Below, piece after piece: positions 35,877-45,041 of a stretch of DNA of 64,000 bases. The notes beneath the pieces are model-generated. The model searched no databases and was not told the DNA's origin. It saw only the letters and a program-made list of their open reading frames with translations. The position numbers and the translations under genes are program-made. Each line of letters starts with the position of its first letter. The first letter of the stretch is position 1. Source of the DNA: Chthonomonadales bacterium (lineage in GTDB: Bacteria; Armatimonadota; Chthonomonadetes; Chthonomonadales; CAJBBX01); assembly GCA_046715155.1 (NCBI GenBank), contig JBKJZI010000031.1, positions 10,875 to 74,874 of the forward strand, written 5' to 3'.

Positions 35877-37086
35877 CCGGACAAACCGACATCGGCGAGG
35901 GATTCTGTGGCTCATGGTACTGCTCGCTGTGGCGGCGCTGGCCGTGAACGCTCCAGGGCTCCTCGCGCGCTTCGAAACACGCCGCTTGCGCGCACTTTCA
36001 ATGCACGAGCTGGAAAGTCTCGTCCAGAAAGAGCCCGCAAATCTCGAGGGCAGATACCAGCTCGGACTTGCGTATGCCCGAGCGGACCGTCAGCCTGATG
36101 CCGTACGCGAATTTGTGGCGGTGCTCCAGAAGGACCCCATTCGGGCGGACGTCCTGAACGACCTCGGTGTTTCCTACCTACTCCAGCAGCGTTATCATGA
36201 GTGTCTGGTCGCTCTTCGCGGAGCGCTGACAGCAAGGCCTGACTTCGCGCCCGCACGCGCCAATCTCGGCCGACTCTATATCGCGACGCACATGCCCTTC
36301 TCTGCCGTGAAGGAGCTCGAGAAAGCGGTCAAGCTGGAACCTGCTAATCCGTCTACGCGGTGCGACCTTGGCGAAGCGTACCAGCGCACGCTGAACCAGG
36401 CTGCGTCTGAACAGGCTTATCGAGACGCGCTAAAGGTAGATTCCACCCATACTCCGGCGCGCGTAGGACTTGGAAAGATCCTGTACGCCCGCACTCGCTA
36501 TGACGAATCCGAGCGCGAGTTGAATCAAGCGCTTGCTGATGACCCGGACAATGCGGACGCTTTGACCACACTCGGACGGATGCGCCTTGAGCGGTCAACC
36601 GGCGATTCCGATCTTCCGCAAGCTCGCGGACTGTTCGAAAGAGCTGCGAAAGCAGACCCCCAAAGCCCCGACGTCTGGTATGACCTTGGGCGTGTGACGA
36701 TGCGCGAGAAAAAGCCGGCACAGGCGGTCGAAATGTTTCGCCGCGCGCTCAGAATCTCATCCAGCCATACCGCTGCGATGAATCAGCTCGAGCGCGCCCT
36801 GCGCGCGGCCGGTCAAATCCAAGAGGCGGATCGAGTAGCTCGTGCATTCCACCAGTTGGCTATGCGCAGCAGGGAGAAAAATCTGCTGGAAGAACGAATC
36901 TCCCGCAACACCGGTGATTGGGATTCACGCGCGCGCCTCGTAGAGATTTACTTGCAGTCGGGAGAATCGGGCCTGGCTCAGCTCGTATATCGGCAGATAA
37001 AGGAAGGCGCTCCATCACACCCCAAGCTGCCGAATCTCTCCCGGATATTCGCGCGCTTTGGCTCGCCGACGGAATCCGACCCGTGA
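35818..37086 (+). CDS. TPR-repeat protein with N-terminal signal anchor
   Basis: 422 aa. Basic N-terminus, then LWLMVLLAVAALAV. Repeated TPR units (YQLGLAYA, NDLGVSYLLQ, ANLGRLYI, CDLGEAYQ, VGLGKILY, TTLGRMRL, YDLGRV). Start is uncertain: ATG 35818 overlaps the previous gene by 59 nt; ATG 35914 is the alternative. Confidence 0.8.
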   Translation: MAGRSQISSAAGHSPRKTANRTNRHRRGILWLMVLLAVAALAVNAPGLLARFETRRLRALSMHELESLVQKEPANLEGRYQLGLAYARADRQPDAVREFVAVLQKDPIRADVLNDLGVSYLLQQRYHECLVALRGALTARPDFAPARANLGRLYIATHMPFSAVKELEKAVKLEPANPSTRCDLGEAYQRTLNQAASEQAYRDALKVDSTHTPARVGLGKILYARTRYDESERELNQALADDPDNADALTTLGRMRLERSTGDSDLPQARGLFERAAKADPQSPDVWYDLGRVTMREKKPAQAVEMFRRALRISSSHTAAMNQLERALRAAGQIQEADRVARAFHQLAMRSREKNLLEERISRNTGDWDSRARLVEIYLQSGESGLAQLVYRQIKEGAPSHPKLPNLSRIFARFGSPTESDP

Positions 37087-38783
37087 TTCGAGTATCTAAT
37101 CCCTGGGGCGTCTTTGCAGCACTGTCATTCACCGCTACCATTGCCCTTTCAGGCTGCAACCGGTCGCCTCTTCCGATCAGCTCGGCCGCTGTACGTACGG
37201 CAGGCCCGCCACCGTTTCGATTGGTTGAGGCTGCGGCAGAGCGCGGAATTAACTTCCGTCATTCGCACGGGTCCACGTTGCCGCTGACAATCGTGGAGGC
37301 CCTGGGGAGCGGCTGCGCTTTCCTGGATTTCGACGACGACGGTAAGCTGGACGTGTTTCTTGTGAGCGCCGGCCAGGATTTTCGAATGGCGGTCCAGAAA
37401 CCGGCTTCGCGGCTGTACCGAAACACCGGCTCCAGCTTCGAGGACGTGACCTCACAATCCGGAATCCGCATCGACGGCTATGCCATGGGGTGCTGCGCGG
37501 GAGATTACGACAACGACGGCCGGACCGATCTCTTCGTGACCGGATTCGGTCGGAACTGGCTCTACCGGAACGTCGGAAGCGGCCGGTTCTCCGATGTTAC
37601 GAAAACAGTAGGAATCCTTCGAAGAGCAGGGGCCTGGGGGATGGGCTGCGCATTCTTGGATTTCAACCGCGACGGATTGCTCGACCTTTATATCGCAAAT
37701 TATGTGCGCTATGACCCGGCGATGCCGTTCTGCGAGACCGGGGGCGTCAAGCACGGATGCACGCCGAACCAATACCCAACCCAGCCGAACGAGTTGTACG
37801 TGAATCAAGGGAACGGCCGGTTCGTGGAGAAAGCCGTCGTCCTCGGAGCAGTAGACAAAACGGGCGCGGGTCTTGGCGTCGTAGTTTCCGACTTCGACAA
37901 TGACGGCTGGCCGGACATCTTCGTCGCAAACGACGGGACCCCCAACGCGCTCCTGCACAATGAAAAGGGCCGATTCCGCGACCTGGCGCCTCCAGCCGGC
38001 GTGGCCTACAGCGAGGACGGCGCAATGCGGGCGGGTATGGGCACGGATGCCGGAGATTTCGACGGCGACGGGCTGTTCGATCTGACCATCACCAACTTTC
38101 AGCACGAACCCAACGCGCTCTATCGCAACGCTGGAAAGATGACGTTCGAGGAAGTTACCTACCCCAGCGGAATCGGCACGCCGACTTTGAACCGTCTTGC
38201 ATTTGGCACCGTCTTCGCGGACATCGACCGCGATGGACTCCAGGACCTGTACGTCGGCAACGGGCATGTTTTCGATAACGTCCGGCTCTTCGACGACACC
38301 GCGACATACGAGCAGGTGGACCAGGTGTTTCGAGGTATTGGCGCGGGTCGATTCGAGGAAGTCCAGCCTTCCACCGGCGCCTTTCCGACGACGCCGTCCG
38401 TAACTCGCAGCGTGTCATACGGAGACTTCAACGACGACGGCGCCGTGGATCTGCTCATCAATAGCCTCGGAAAACCGGCCCGCCTGCTCGAGAACCGAAC
38501 CCCGCCGAGCGGCACCTGGATCGGTCTGAAGCTGCAGGGTTCGAAGAGCAACCGGAACGCTATCGGCGCGCGCGTCGAGCTCCGAGGTCCTGGAATGCTG
38601 CAGGTTCGCGAAGTTCGCAGCGGCGGAAGCTATCTTGGGCAGTCCGACTTCCGAGTCCTGTTCAACCTGGGCGCTGCTTCTCCGGCCGGCTTGAAGATTC
38701 GAATCCGCTGGCCGGATGGCCGATTACAGGAAATGCAGCTACCGACGATCAATGGCTACGCTTCGGTGGTGGAGCCGCGATGA
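37083..38783 (+). CDS. CRTAC1-family lipoprotein (FG-GAP/VCBS repeats + ASPIC/UnbV C-terminal domain), copy 1
   Basis: GTG 37083 forms a GTGA overlap with the TPR gene stop. Lipobox IALSGC. Repeated DFDxDGxxD motifs (DFDDDGKLD, DYDNDGRTD, DFNRDGLLD, DFDNDGWPD, DFDGDGLFD, DIDRDGLQD, DFNDDGAVD). C-terminal RNAIGARVEL...VRSGGSYLGQSD...IRWPDG. Confidence 0.9.
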   Translation: MIRVSNPWGVFAALSFTATIALSGCNRSPLPISSAAVRTAGPPPFRLVEAAAERGINFRHSHGSTLPLTIVEALGSGCAFLDFDDDGKLDVFLVSAGQDFRMAVQKPASRLYRNTGSSFEDVTSQSGIRIDGYAMGCCAGDYDNDGRTDLFVTGFGRNWLYRNVGSGRFSDVTKTVGILRRAGAWGMGCAFLDFNRDGLLDLYIANYVRYDPAMPFCETGGVKHGCTPNQYPTQPNELYVNQGNGRFVEKAVVLGAVDKTGAGLGVVVSDFDNDGWPDIFVANDGTPNALLHNEKGRFRDLAPPAGVAYSEDGAMRAGMGTDAGDFDGDGLFDLTITNFQHEPNALYRNAGKMTFEEVTYPSGIGTPTLNRLAFGTVFADIDRDGLQDLYVGNGHVFDNVRLFDDTATYEQVDQVFRGIGAGRFEEVQPSTGAFPTTPSVTRSVSYGDFNDDGAVDLLINSLGKPARLLENRTPPSGTWIGLKLQGSKSNRNAIGARVELRGPGMLQVREVRSGGSYLGQSDFRVLFNLGAASPAGLKIRIRWPDGRLQEMQLPTINGYASVVEPR

Positions 38784-40177
38784 AGACGGAGATGGCGGCT
38801 TTTGCGCTTTCGCTTTCGATCGGATTGGCAGGCTGCAGCCGGGCTCCGAAAGTCGGCGATGGTCCGGTAACTCCCGCGGTCACGGAATCCGCCGGCCAGG
38901 TTGATAACCCCACTGCACCGGTCCCATTCGCCGGTCAGCCGGCTTCAGGCCAGCCTTCCTTCGACTTTGAATCCGCACGGCGAGACGTTGAGAGCACGAT
39001 AGCGCGGAAACCCAAAGTCTTCGAGATGCGGATGCGGGCGGCCGAGTTTTACATGCGCTCCGGCGTATACCCTCCGGCCATTCCTCATCTGCGTGCAGCG
39101 GGCAACCTCCGGCCGAACGAGATCATGCCATGGATCGGCCTCGGGGATGCGGCAACCCTCTCGCGGAAGTTCCCAATCGCCGAGGAAGCCTACGGTCGCG
39201 CAGGCAGAATCGACGTTAAGCATCCTCTGCTCATTCGGGGTCGGGGCCAACTCTACGTCGTTCAGGAAAAGTTCGAGAAGGCGCGCGAAGTATTGGAGCG
39301 GGGAGTAAAGGAGCATCCGATGGATTCCGAGATACGCTATGCTCTGGCAAATCTCTTCCAAATCCTACACTCGCCGCGCCGCGCAGCCGAAGTCCTGAAA
39401 CCGGCGGTCGAGCAGAACCCGGAGCGTGCCGACCTCCACTTCCTCCTGGGCGAGATTTACGCGCGGGACCATCATATCAACGGCGCAATTACGGAGATGA
39501 GGGAGGCGCTCAGACTGGATCCCAGTTCGGCAGCGGCCGCGGGCAGGATCGGGCTCTATCTCATGAATCTGACGCGCTACGCCGAAGCCCGGGAAGCGCT
39601 CCAACAAGCAGTCAAGCTGGAGCCTCGCGAAGCACACTACTACTGGGCCATCGGGGACTCCTTCGCCCTGGAGTCCTCCTCGCCGGAATCCATGGAGAAA
39701 GCTGAGGAACATTACCGGAAGGCGCTTTCGCTGGACCCGCGGAACGCCAAGGCCCTCTCCTCCTACGCCGTCCTCCTCACCCGCAGGGGTAATGAAGCAG
39801 ACTTGAAAGAAGCGATCAGCATTCTGGAGCGCCTTGTGAAGCTGCACCCGGAGGACGCCAACGCCGAGTACAAGCTCTATGAGACCTACAAGCGGCTCGG
39901 GCGGGCGGCGGACGCGGAGAAGCACCGCCAGCGTTTCCAGGTCGCCTTTTCCAAAGAGCGTCAGGGTAACCGCGACCGTCACCGCTCCGCGTCGTTCAGG
40001 GATACTCCGGAAGCGCACCTCAAGCTCGCGCGAACCGCTATGGGCCGGAAGGACTTCCCGCTTGCCGCGACTGAGTTTCGCCTGGCCCTGGAGCGGGACC
40101 GCTCCTCCTCGGAAGCCCGCGCCGGCCTGCTCACCGCCCAACGGCAGCTCGGACTTACCTCCGGCGCCACCAGATGA
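38780..40177 (+). CDS. TPR-repeat lipoprotein
   Basis: 465 aa. ATGA overlap with the previous gene. Lipobox IGLAGC. Multiple TPR units. Confidence 0.88.
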   Translation: MKTEMAAFALSLSIGLAGCSRAPKVGDGPVTPAVTESAGQVDNPTAPVPFAGQPASGQPSFDFESARRDVESTIARKPKVFEMRMRAAEFYMRSGVYPPAIPHLRAAGNLRPNEIMPWIGLGDAATLSRKFPIAEEAYGRAGRIDVKHPLLIRGRGQLYVVQEKFEKAREVLERGVKEHPMDSEIRYALANLFQILHSPRRAAEVLKPAVEQNPERADLHFLLGEIYARDHHINGAITEMREALRLDPSSAAAAGRIGLYLMNLTRYAEAREALQQAVKLEPREAHYYWAIGDSFALESSSPESMEKAEEHYRKALSLDPRNAKALSSYAVLLTRRGNEADLKEAISILERLVKLHPEDANAEYKLYETYKRLGRAADAEKHRQRFQVAFSKERQGNRDRHRSASFRDTPEAHLKLARTAMGRKDFPLAATEFRLALERDRSSSEARAGLLTAQRQLGLTSGATR

Positions 40178-41841
40178 CCAGACTCCGGATTCTGGCTGTT
40201 CTCTTGGTCGCCGGCTGCTCTACTCCTCGCGGGGTGAACCGCGCCCCATCAATCCCAGCGGAATCCGGCCGATTCCGCAATGTCGCGTCCGAGAGCGGAA
40301 TCGGCGGATTTCAGCACGTTGACGGCGGCAGCGGGCGCAAGTTCTTCCTTGAGCAGGTGGGAGCGGGAGTCGCGATCTTCGACTACGACGGCGACGGATG
40401 GCAGGACGTCTACCTCTGTTCCGGAATCGCTCTTCCTGGGTATGCGGGACCGCCCGGACAGAACCGCCTCTTTCGGAACAAGCAGGACGGGACTTTCGAG
40501 GACGTGACCGATTCCGCGGGTGTCGCGTGCCGCAAGTACGCGATCGGCGCTGCGGCGGCGGACTACGACAACGACGGGAGGATCGACCTCTACGTCACCT
40601 GCTTCGGCGGGAACGTGCTCTACCGGAATCTCGGCGAGGGTAAGTTTGAGGACATCACGCTGAAAGCTCGCGTTGGGGGCGGGAAGCGGTTGAGCTCCAG
40701 CGCGGCGTGGGGCGACTACGACGGCGACGGCTACCTGGACCTTTTCGTCTGCAATTACGTGAAGTACCGGCTGGAGGAGGACCTCTGGTGCGGGAAAATC
40801 GCCGGCCACAAGAGCTATTGCGGGCCTAACCTCTACGAGCCGGATTCCGCTATCCTTTTCCACAATAACCGGGACGGCACGTTCACCGACGTGTCCGATA
40901 CCTCCGGAATCGGAAAGCAAGCCGCGAACGGCCTCGGCGTGGTCTGGCTCGATTACGACGACGACGGCGATCAGGACATCTTTGTGGCGGACGACCAGAC
41001 TCCTAATCGCCTCTGGCGCAATAACGGCAACGGCACGTTCACGGACGTCGCGCTGGCGATGGGAGTCGCCGTGGGCGAGCGGGGCAACGCGCAGGCGGGA
41101 ATGGGTGTTGACTCCGGCGACTTCGACAACGACGGCGACCTGGACATCCTGGTGACCAATTTCAGCGAGGAGACCAACGCCCTCTATCTGAACGAAGGCG
41201 CCGCCTTCCGCGACATCTCCTTCCCCTCCGGAATGGGCGCGGCCACCCTGATGTACCTCGGATTCGGCACGGGGTTCCTGGACTACGACAGCGACGGCCT
41301 GCTGGACATGTTCTTCGCCAACGGCCACGTGCTGGACGACATCGAGACTTACTCCGACGCCGTCACCTGGAAACAGTCCAATCAGCTCTTCCGCAACATC
41401 GGCGACCGCCGGTTCGAGGAAGTCTCGGCTGCCAGCGGAATCTCCGAGGGTAAGCGGGTCTCGCGCGGCGCGGCATTCGGCGACCTCTTCAACCGCGGCC
41501 GCACCGACATCGTGGTGAACGTCCTCCGCGAGCAACCCCTGGTCCTGCGCAACGAGACCGCGCCGGATTCCCACTGGATATCCCTGGACCTTCGGGCGAG
41601 CAAGGGGAATCCGCAGGCGATCGGCGCAAAGGTCTGGCTCAACGCCGGCGGAATCACCCAGCGCCGCGATATCAAATCCGCCGGCTCCTACGCCTCCTCC
41701 AACGACCCCCGCCCCCTCTTCGGCCTCGGCAAGAACAAAACCATAGATTCCGTCCGAATCCGCTGGCCCGGGGGCCGAGAATCCGAGATCAAAACGCCGC
41801 AGGTGGATCAGATCCTGCGCGTCGACGAGCCGACGCATTGA
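40174..41841 (+). CDS. CRTAC1-family lipoprotein (FG-GAP/VCBS + ASPIC/UnbV), copy 2
   Basis: 555 aa. ATGA overlap with the previous gene. Lipobox LVAGC. Same DxDxDG repeat series. C-terminal PQAIGAKVWL...KSAGSYASSNDPR...IRWPGG. Confidence 0.9.
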   Translation: MTRLRILAVLLVAGCSTPRGVNRAPSIPAESGRFRNVASESGIGGFQHVDGGSGRKFFLEQVGAGVAIFDYDGDGWQDVYLCSGIALPGYAGPPGQNRLFRNKQDGTFEDVTDSAGVACRKYAIGAAAADYDNDGRIDLYVTCFGGNVLYRNLGEGKFEDITLKARVGGGKRLSSSAAWGDYDGDGYLDLFVCNYVKYRLEEDLWCGKIAGHKSYCGPNLYEPDSAILFHNNRDGTFTDVSDTSGIGKQAANGLGVVWLDYDDDGDQDIFVADDQTPNRLWRNNGNGTFTDVALAMGVAVGERGNAQAGMGVDSGDFDNDGDLDILVTNFSEETNALYLNEGAAFRDISFPSGMGAATLMYLGFGTGFLDYDSDGLLDMFFANGHVLDDIETYSDAVTWKQSNQLFRNIGDRRFEEVSAASGISEGKRVSRGAAFGDLFNRGRTDIVVNVLREQPLVLRNETAPDSHWISLDLRASKGNPQAIGAKVWLNAGGITQRRDIKSAGSYASSNDPRPLFGLGKNKTIDSVRIRWPGGRESEIKTPQVDQILRVDEPTH

Positions 41842-41896
41842 AGGTTTGGAACCACGATTGTTCACGAATGGACACGGGCGCTTACACGAAAAAGCA

Positions 41897-41928
41897 GCTC
41901 GCCGATCGCATTTCGCGAAACGGCGAGC
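41897..41928 (+). terminator. Candidate terminator hairpin after the plus-strand operon (convergent gap)
   Basis: GCTCGCCG (41897-41904) pairs with CGGCGAGC (41921-41928) around a 16-nt loop. The following sequence is only weakly T-rich. Confidence 0.35.
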
Positions 41929-41992
41929 CGCCTTAATTACTTACATCTGGCCAGGATGCAGGGATTTTGCCCACAACCCTAGACCCTATGCC

Positions 41993-42802
41993 TTAGAACC
42001 GGTAGTCTTGACCGTTGACGAGGTCGTTCGGGCCGTAGAGCATCCAGTTCATGTCATGGTTGACATTCCAATTGGGCTCACGGTAGCCCAGGCGGAATAC
42101 CTTGACGTGGCCGTCTGCGAAGGCGGCATTGAACTGGCGTCCGTCCGGCGGGCGAAGTGGATTCGCCGTGGGATGGTTGCCGCCGACGTCCGGCCGCGCG
42201 CCGTATAGGCCGAGCTTCTCCTGGTGGAATGCCGCGGTCTCGAAGAGCATGATCTGCTGCGCGGGCTTGTTCACCATGGAGTCCGGAGTACCTTGCCAGT
42301 AGGTCGGTGTTGCGCTGGCAAAGATTCGGTTGTGCTCAGCTGGCCCGCCGCAGTCGAAGATGTGGCGGAAGTGGTATGACGTGGGCTTGCCCCACCAGGG
42401 CGCGGCGTTCCAGGACCAGCCGGTGCTGTTGCGGCCCCAGAAGTTCTCGCCGGTGTCGCTCGGGCACTTGAAGATCTGCTCATTCTTGATGTAGGGCTGC
42501 GCGAAATGGGAAAGACCGCCGCCCATCATGCGGACGATGTTCGTGCCGTCCGGCCTTCGATTGTTCCATGACGGATCTCCCTGGGGCGGGAGGTTACCGG
42601 AGGCGCACAGCCTCTCGTCATAGTCTTGCGCGTACATGCGGAGCGCGAGGGCAATCTGCTTCATGTTGCTAACGCAGCTCGTTTCTCGCGCTTTTTCTCT
42701 TGCTCGCGCAAATACAGGGAACAGAATTGCGGCAAGAATGGCAATAATGGCGATCACTACGAGAAGTTCGATCAGGGTGAAACCCGTTCTCCGTTGACGC
42801 AT
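41993..42802 (-). CDS. Prepilin-type N-terminal cleavage/methylation domain protein with DUF1559-like (H-X9-DG) C-terminal domain
   Basis: ATG 42802 is preceded by [47 protein letters not shown] is a class III signal. C-terminal [12 protein letters not shown]. The track ORF to 43117 is an Arg-rich extension. Confidence 0.9.
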   Translation of the reverse strand: MRQRRTGFTLIELLVVIAIIAILAAILFPVFARAREKARETSCVSNMKQIALALRMYAQDYDERLCASGNLPPQGDPSWNNRRPDGTNIVRMMGGGLSHFAQPYIKNEQIFKCPSDTGENFWGRNSTGWSWNAAPWWGKPTSYHFRHIFDCGGPAEHNRIFASATPTYWQGTPDSMVNKPAQQIMLFETAAFHQEKLGLYGARPDVGGNHPTANPLRPPDGRQFNAAFADGHVKVFRLGYREPNWNVNHDMNWMLYGPNDLVNGQDYRF

Positions 42803-42825
42803 ATGAGTCTCCTCTCCGATTCTGA

Positions 42826-43155
42826 TCATCGGGACGGCGGTGTGAAATTGTAACCGCCCCCAGGCCCGCCAGGCACGCCGCCTGCGGTCCCACCCCCGGG
42901 AGAAGTCATTCCGGGCGGCATACCCATCGCCCCGCTTGGAGCGGAAGGACCGCCTCCCGAGACTATCCCCGGCGGCGGCTGGTAAAACGTCCCGGTCTCT
43001 TTGAACTTCTTCTGGACCTCTTCCCCACCGGCCTTCGTACCTTTGTAGCCGGAACTTCCGAGCATGCGGTACCCGATGAAAATTACGGCGATGAGGACGA
43101 CGCCCAGGGCGAGCCATAGGACCTTGGGGTCTACCTCCTTCTTCAGCGCAATCAC
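42826..43155 (-). CDS. Small single-pass membrane protein with Gly/Pro-rich tail
   Basis: 109 aa. GTG start after [27 protein letters not shown]. Tail [42 protein letters not shown]. Lies 23 nt upstream of the prepilin-like gene. Confidence 0.6.
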   Translation of the reverse strand: MIALKKEVDPKVLWLALGVVLIAVIFIGYRMLGSSGYKGTKAGGEEVQKKFKETGTFYQPPPGIVSGGGPSAPSGAMGMPPGMTSPGGGTAGGVPGGPGGGYNFTPPSR

Positions 43156-43333
43156 CCCCTTTCGCGTTAGGCGCTCGCCAGGAGTTACACGAGGAGCAAC
43201 CGAGGCTGGTTCGTTAAAAACAGTTAATCTTCAGCGACCTTGCCGCCATTATATCAACTTTACAGCAGAAAGCAAGAAGATTCTTGGGAGGGATAGCGTT
43301 TAGCCGATTCACCGGCATCGTGATACGAACGAG

Positions 43334-43362
43334 AAAAGCCCCTCGCTCGGCGAGGGGCTTTT
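43334..43362 (-). terminator. Rho-independent terminator (works in both orientations) downstream of the HAF-repeat gene
   Basis: AAAAGCCCCTCGC tcg GCGAGGGGCTTTT: perfect 9-bp GC stem flanked by A4/T4, 27 nt after the stop at 43389. Confidence 0.8.
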
Positions 43363-43388
43363 CGGGTTTCGGAGCGAATCCTCCGCGC

Positions 43389-44580
43389 TTACTGCGGGAC
43401 TAGCATGACGGCCCGCTGAGGCTGGTTGCTTGGACTGCGCGCCCAGCCTACTATGATCGCGGTCCCAGCATCCGTGACGCTCGTAGCAAACTCGATCGTC
43501 CAGGTCTGATCTGACGGGATCAGGAGGTCGTTGAGGTCGGTGACCGTTCCGTTCGGCGCGTTCGTACCGGACGGGGTCCAGGCCACGGCCCGTCGTTGGC
43601 CCAACGCGTTCGTCGATGTCCCGACGACGATTCCGGCAGAGCTTACGTCAAATGCTATGCTAGACGTTCCTCCCAGACTTGGCAGGGCGAACGTCGTTCC
43701 GGTAGTAGCATTCGCTCCGGACGGCGTCCAGAGGAACGCCTGCTGCGGGTTCCCGGGCGCCGCGCCGAATCCTACGACCTGCCCGAAGTTATTGATAGCC
43801 CGAGCGAATGTTGAAGAGAACGCGACCGGCGTAGGATTGACGGAGATGCTCGGGAGGGCGAATGCCGTGCCGCCGGACCAGACGACCGCCTGGAAGTCGC
43901 TTGTGCCGTTATGCATCTCGCCTGCGATTTGCCGTGAGTCGTTCACATCGGTCGCGCCACTTCGGGCGAACGTCGTTCCACCGATGTTCTTGGGCAGGTC
44001 GGTTCGCGCCCCGTTCACCCAGGAAGTGGCGGTATGAACGCCGGAGCCGTCCAGAAGGGAACCGACCATCATCGGCGCCGGGAAGACTCCCGGATTGTTG
44101 ATCCCGTCCGCGCGGCTGCCGAATCCGGCCGCCGTGTCGAGCGGCGACATCTCTCCACTGATCGTCTTGAAGAAAGCCACCAGCTTTCCGTCCGATAGGT
44201 TCGAGTTGCCCACTACCGTGGACGCCTCATTCATGTTGACGCCGAAGCTGTTCCGGCCGCCAAGCGTACCAATGTCGGTGGGCGGGGTTGGCCCCGTGAA
44301 CAGGAACGCATGCGTGTCCCCGTTGGAAAACCTCTGATACGCGCCCGTGGCGTGATTGGCGTTGTTCACGCGCAGCACGGAACTGTTAAGCTCTCGGCCG
44401 GGGTCGCCGGACGTGGAAGATGGGAGCACGCCGAGGTCGATCACGCGGTAAAGCGTAGCTAGCGATTGAGCCGCTGCCCCGCTTGCTGGGCAGTCGGCCT
44501 CCGCAGCCGGCGAGCGTTGCTCCAATGAACGCACAACACACAACTGGTAGATACCGTCGCGGGAATCTTTTGAACTGCAT
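43389..44580 (-). CDS. HAF-family extracellular repeat protein; lipoprotein signal peptide is in a different frame from the body (frameshift, possible pseudogene or sequencing error)
   Basis: The body (track ORF 43389..44648) has repeats ending in HAFLFTG / FQAVVWSGG / QQAFLWTP / RRAVAWTP with TLGG-type motifs. ATG 44580, with AAGGAG 7 nt upstream, encodes MQFKRFPRRYLPVVCCAFIGATLAGCGG in the frame of track ORF 44386..44802. Confidence 0.7.
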
Positions 44581-44932
44581 CTTTCTACTCCTTGGTATAA
44601 CCGAGTATGACCATCTGTCCTGGTCCAGGGATACGACGCCGGAACCAAAACGGCAAAGAAGAATGAGGAAAAGGGCCGTCAGGCCGGAGGTGCTGAGCGT
44701 GACGGTGCGCATTGCGCACGAACCGCTTGTCCTCGGAGTCCCCGATGAAGCTGGGGGACTTCTACCGCGCCGCCAGCAACTGAACCGGCAATTTGCGCGC
44801 AACTCATTGCAGAGTCAAACGCAAGACGAACGAACATTGCCGCTTGTTCCGGCTTGTGAAAGAGTTTTTTCAGGCGGGCAATTTGAGAATCCGAAGTCCA
44901 ATGTCGAATCAGGCAATTACACGCCAAAGTGA

Positions 44933-44966
44933 GCGGGCCGTCTCCCTATCTCAGGAGACGGCCCGC
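44933..44966 (-). terminator. Strong hairpin about 75 nt downstream of the PqqD-fusion gene (candidate terminator, no U-tract)
   Basis: GCGGGCCGTCTCC (44933-44945) pairs with GGAGACGGCCCGC (44954-44966): 13-bp perfect stem with an 8-nt loop. Confidence 0.45.
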
Positions 44967-45041
44967 GCAGATCACAATCGTATCGCAGCCGCCAAACTCA
45001 AGCAGTAAAGGCAGACTCGGACGACCGGGAGGAATTGCGGG

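Noticed and set aside
40249-41865. 538-aa minus-strand ORF (similar long ORFs at 37452..38267, 39365..40141, 1803..2519, 25693..26466, 47081..47911, 53118..53894, 21615..22340 and 6889..7587)
   Set aside because: These are antisense shadows of well-supported genes in a GC-rich sequence. The translations are Arg/Ala/Gly/Pro/Val-rich with no motif. The opposite strand carries clear domain signatures, signal peptides and start/stop coupling.
43190-43230. GGTTCG-containing stretch in the 43156-43388 gap, checked as a possible tRNA T-arm
   Set aside because: No cloverleaf can be drawn. It lacks the GTTCGAATC-type T-loop, an acceptor stem or an anticodon arm. No tRNA-like structure was seen in the other gaps either.
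44793-44802. Perfect 10-bp palindrome TTGCGCGCAA upstream of the HAF-repeat gene
   Set aside because: A GC-core palindrome of this length is plausible by chance in GC-rich DNA. There is no second copy or half-site spacing pattern, so I do not call it an operator.
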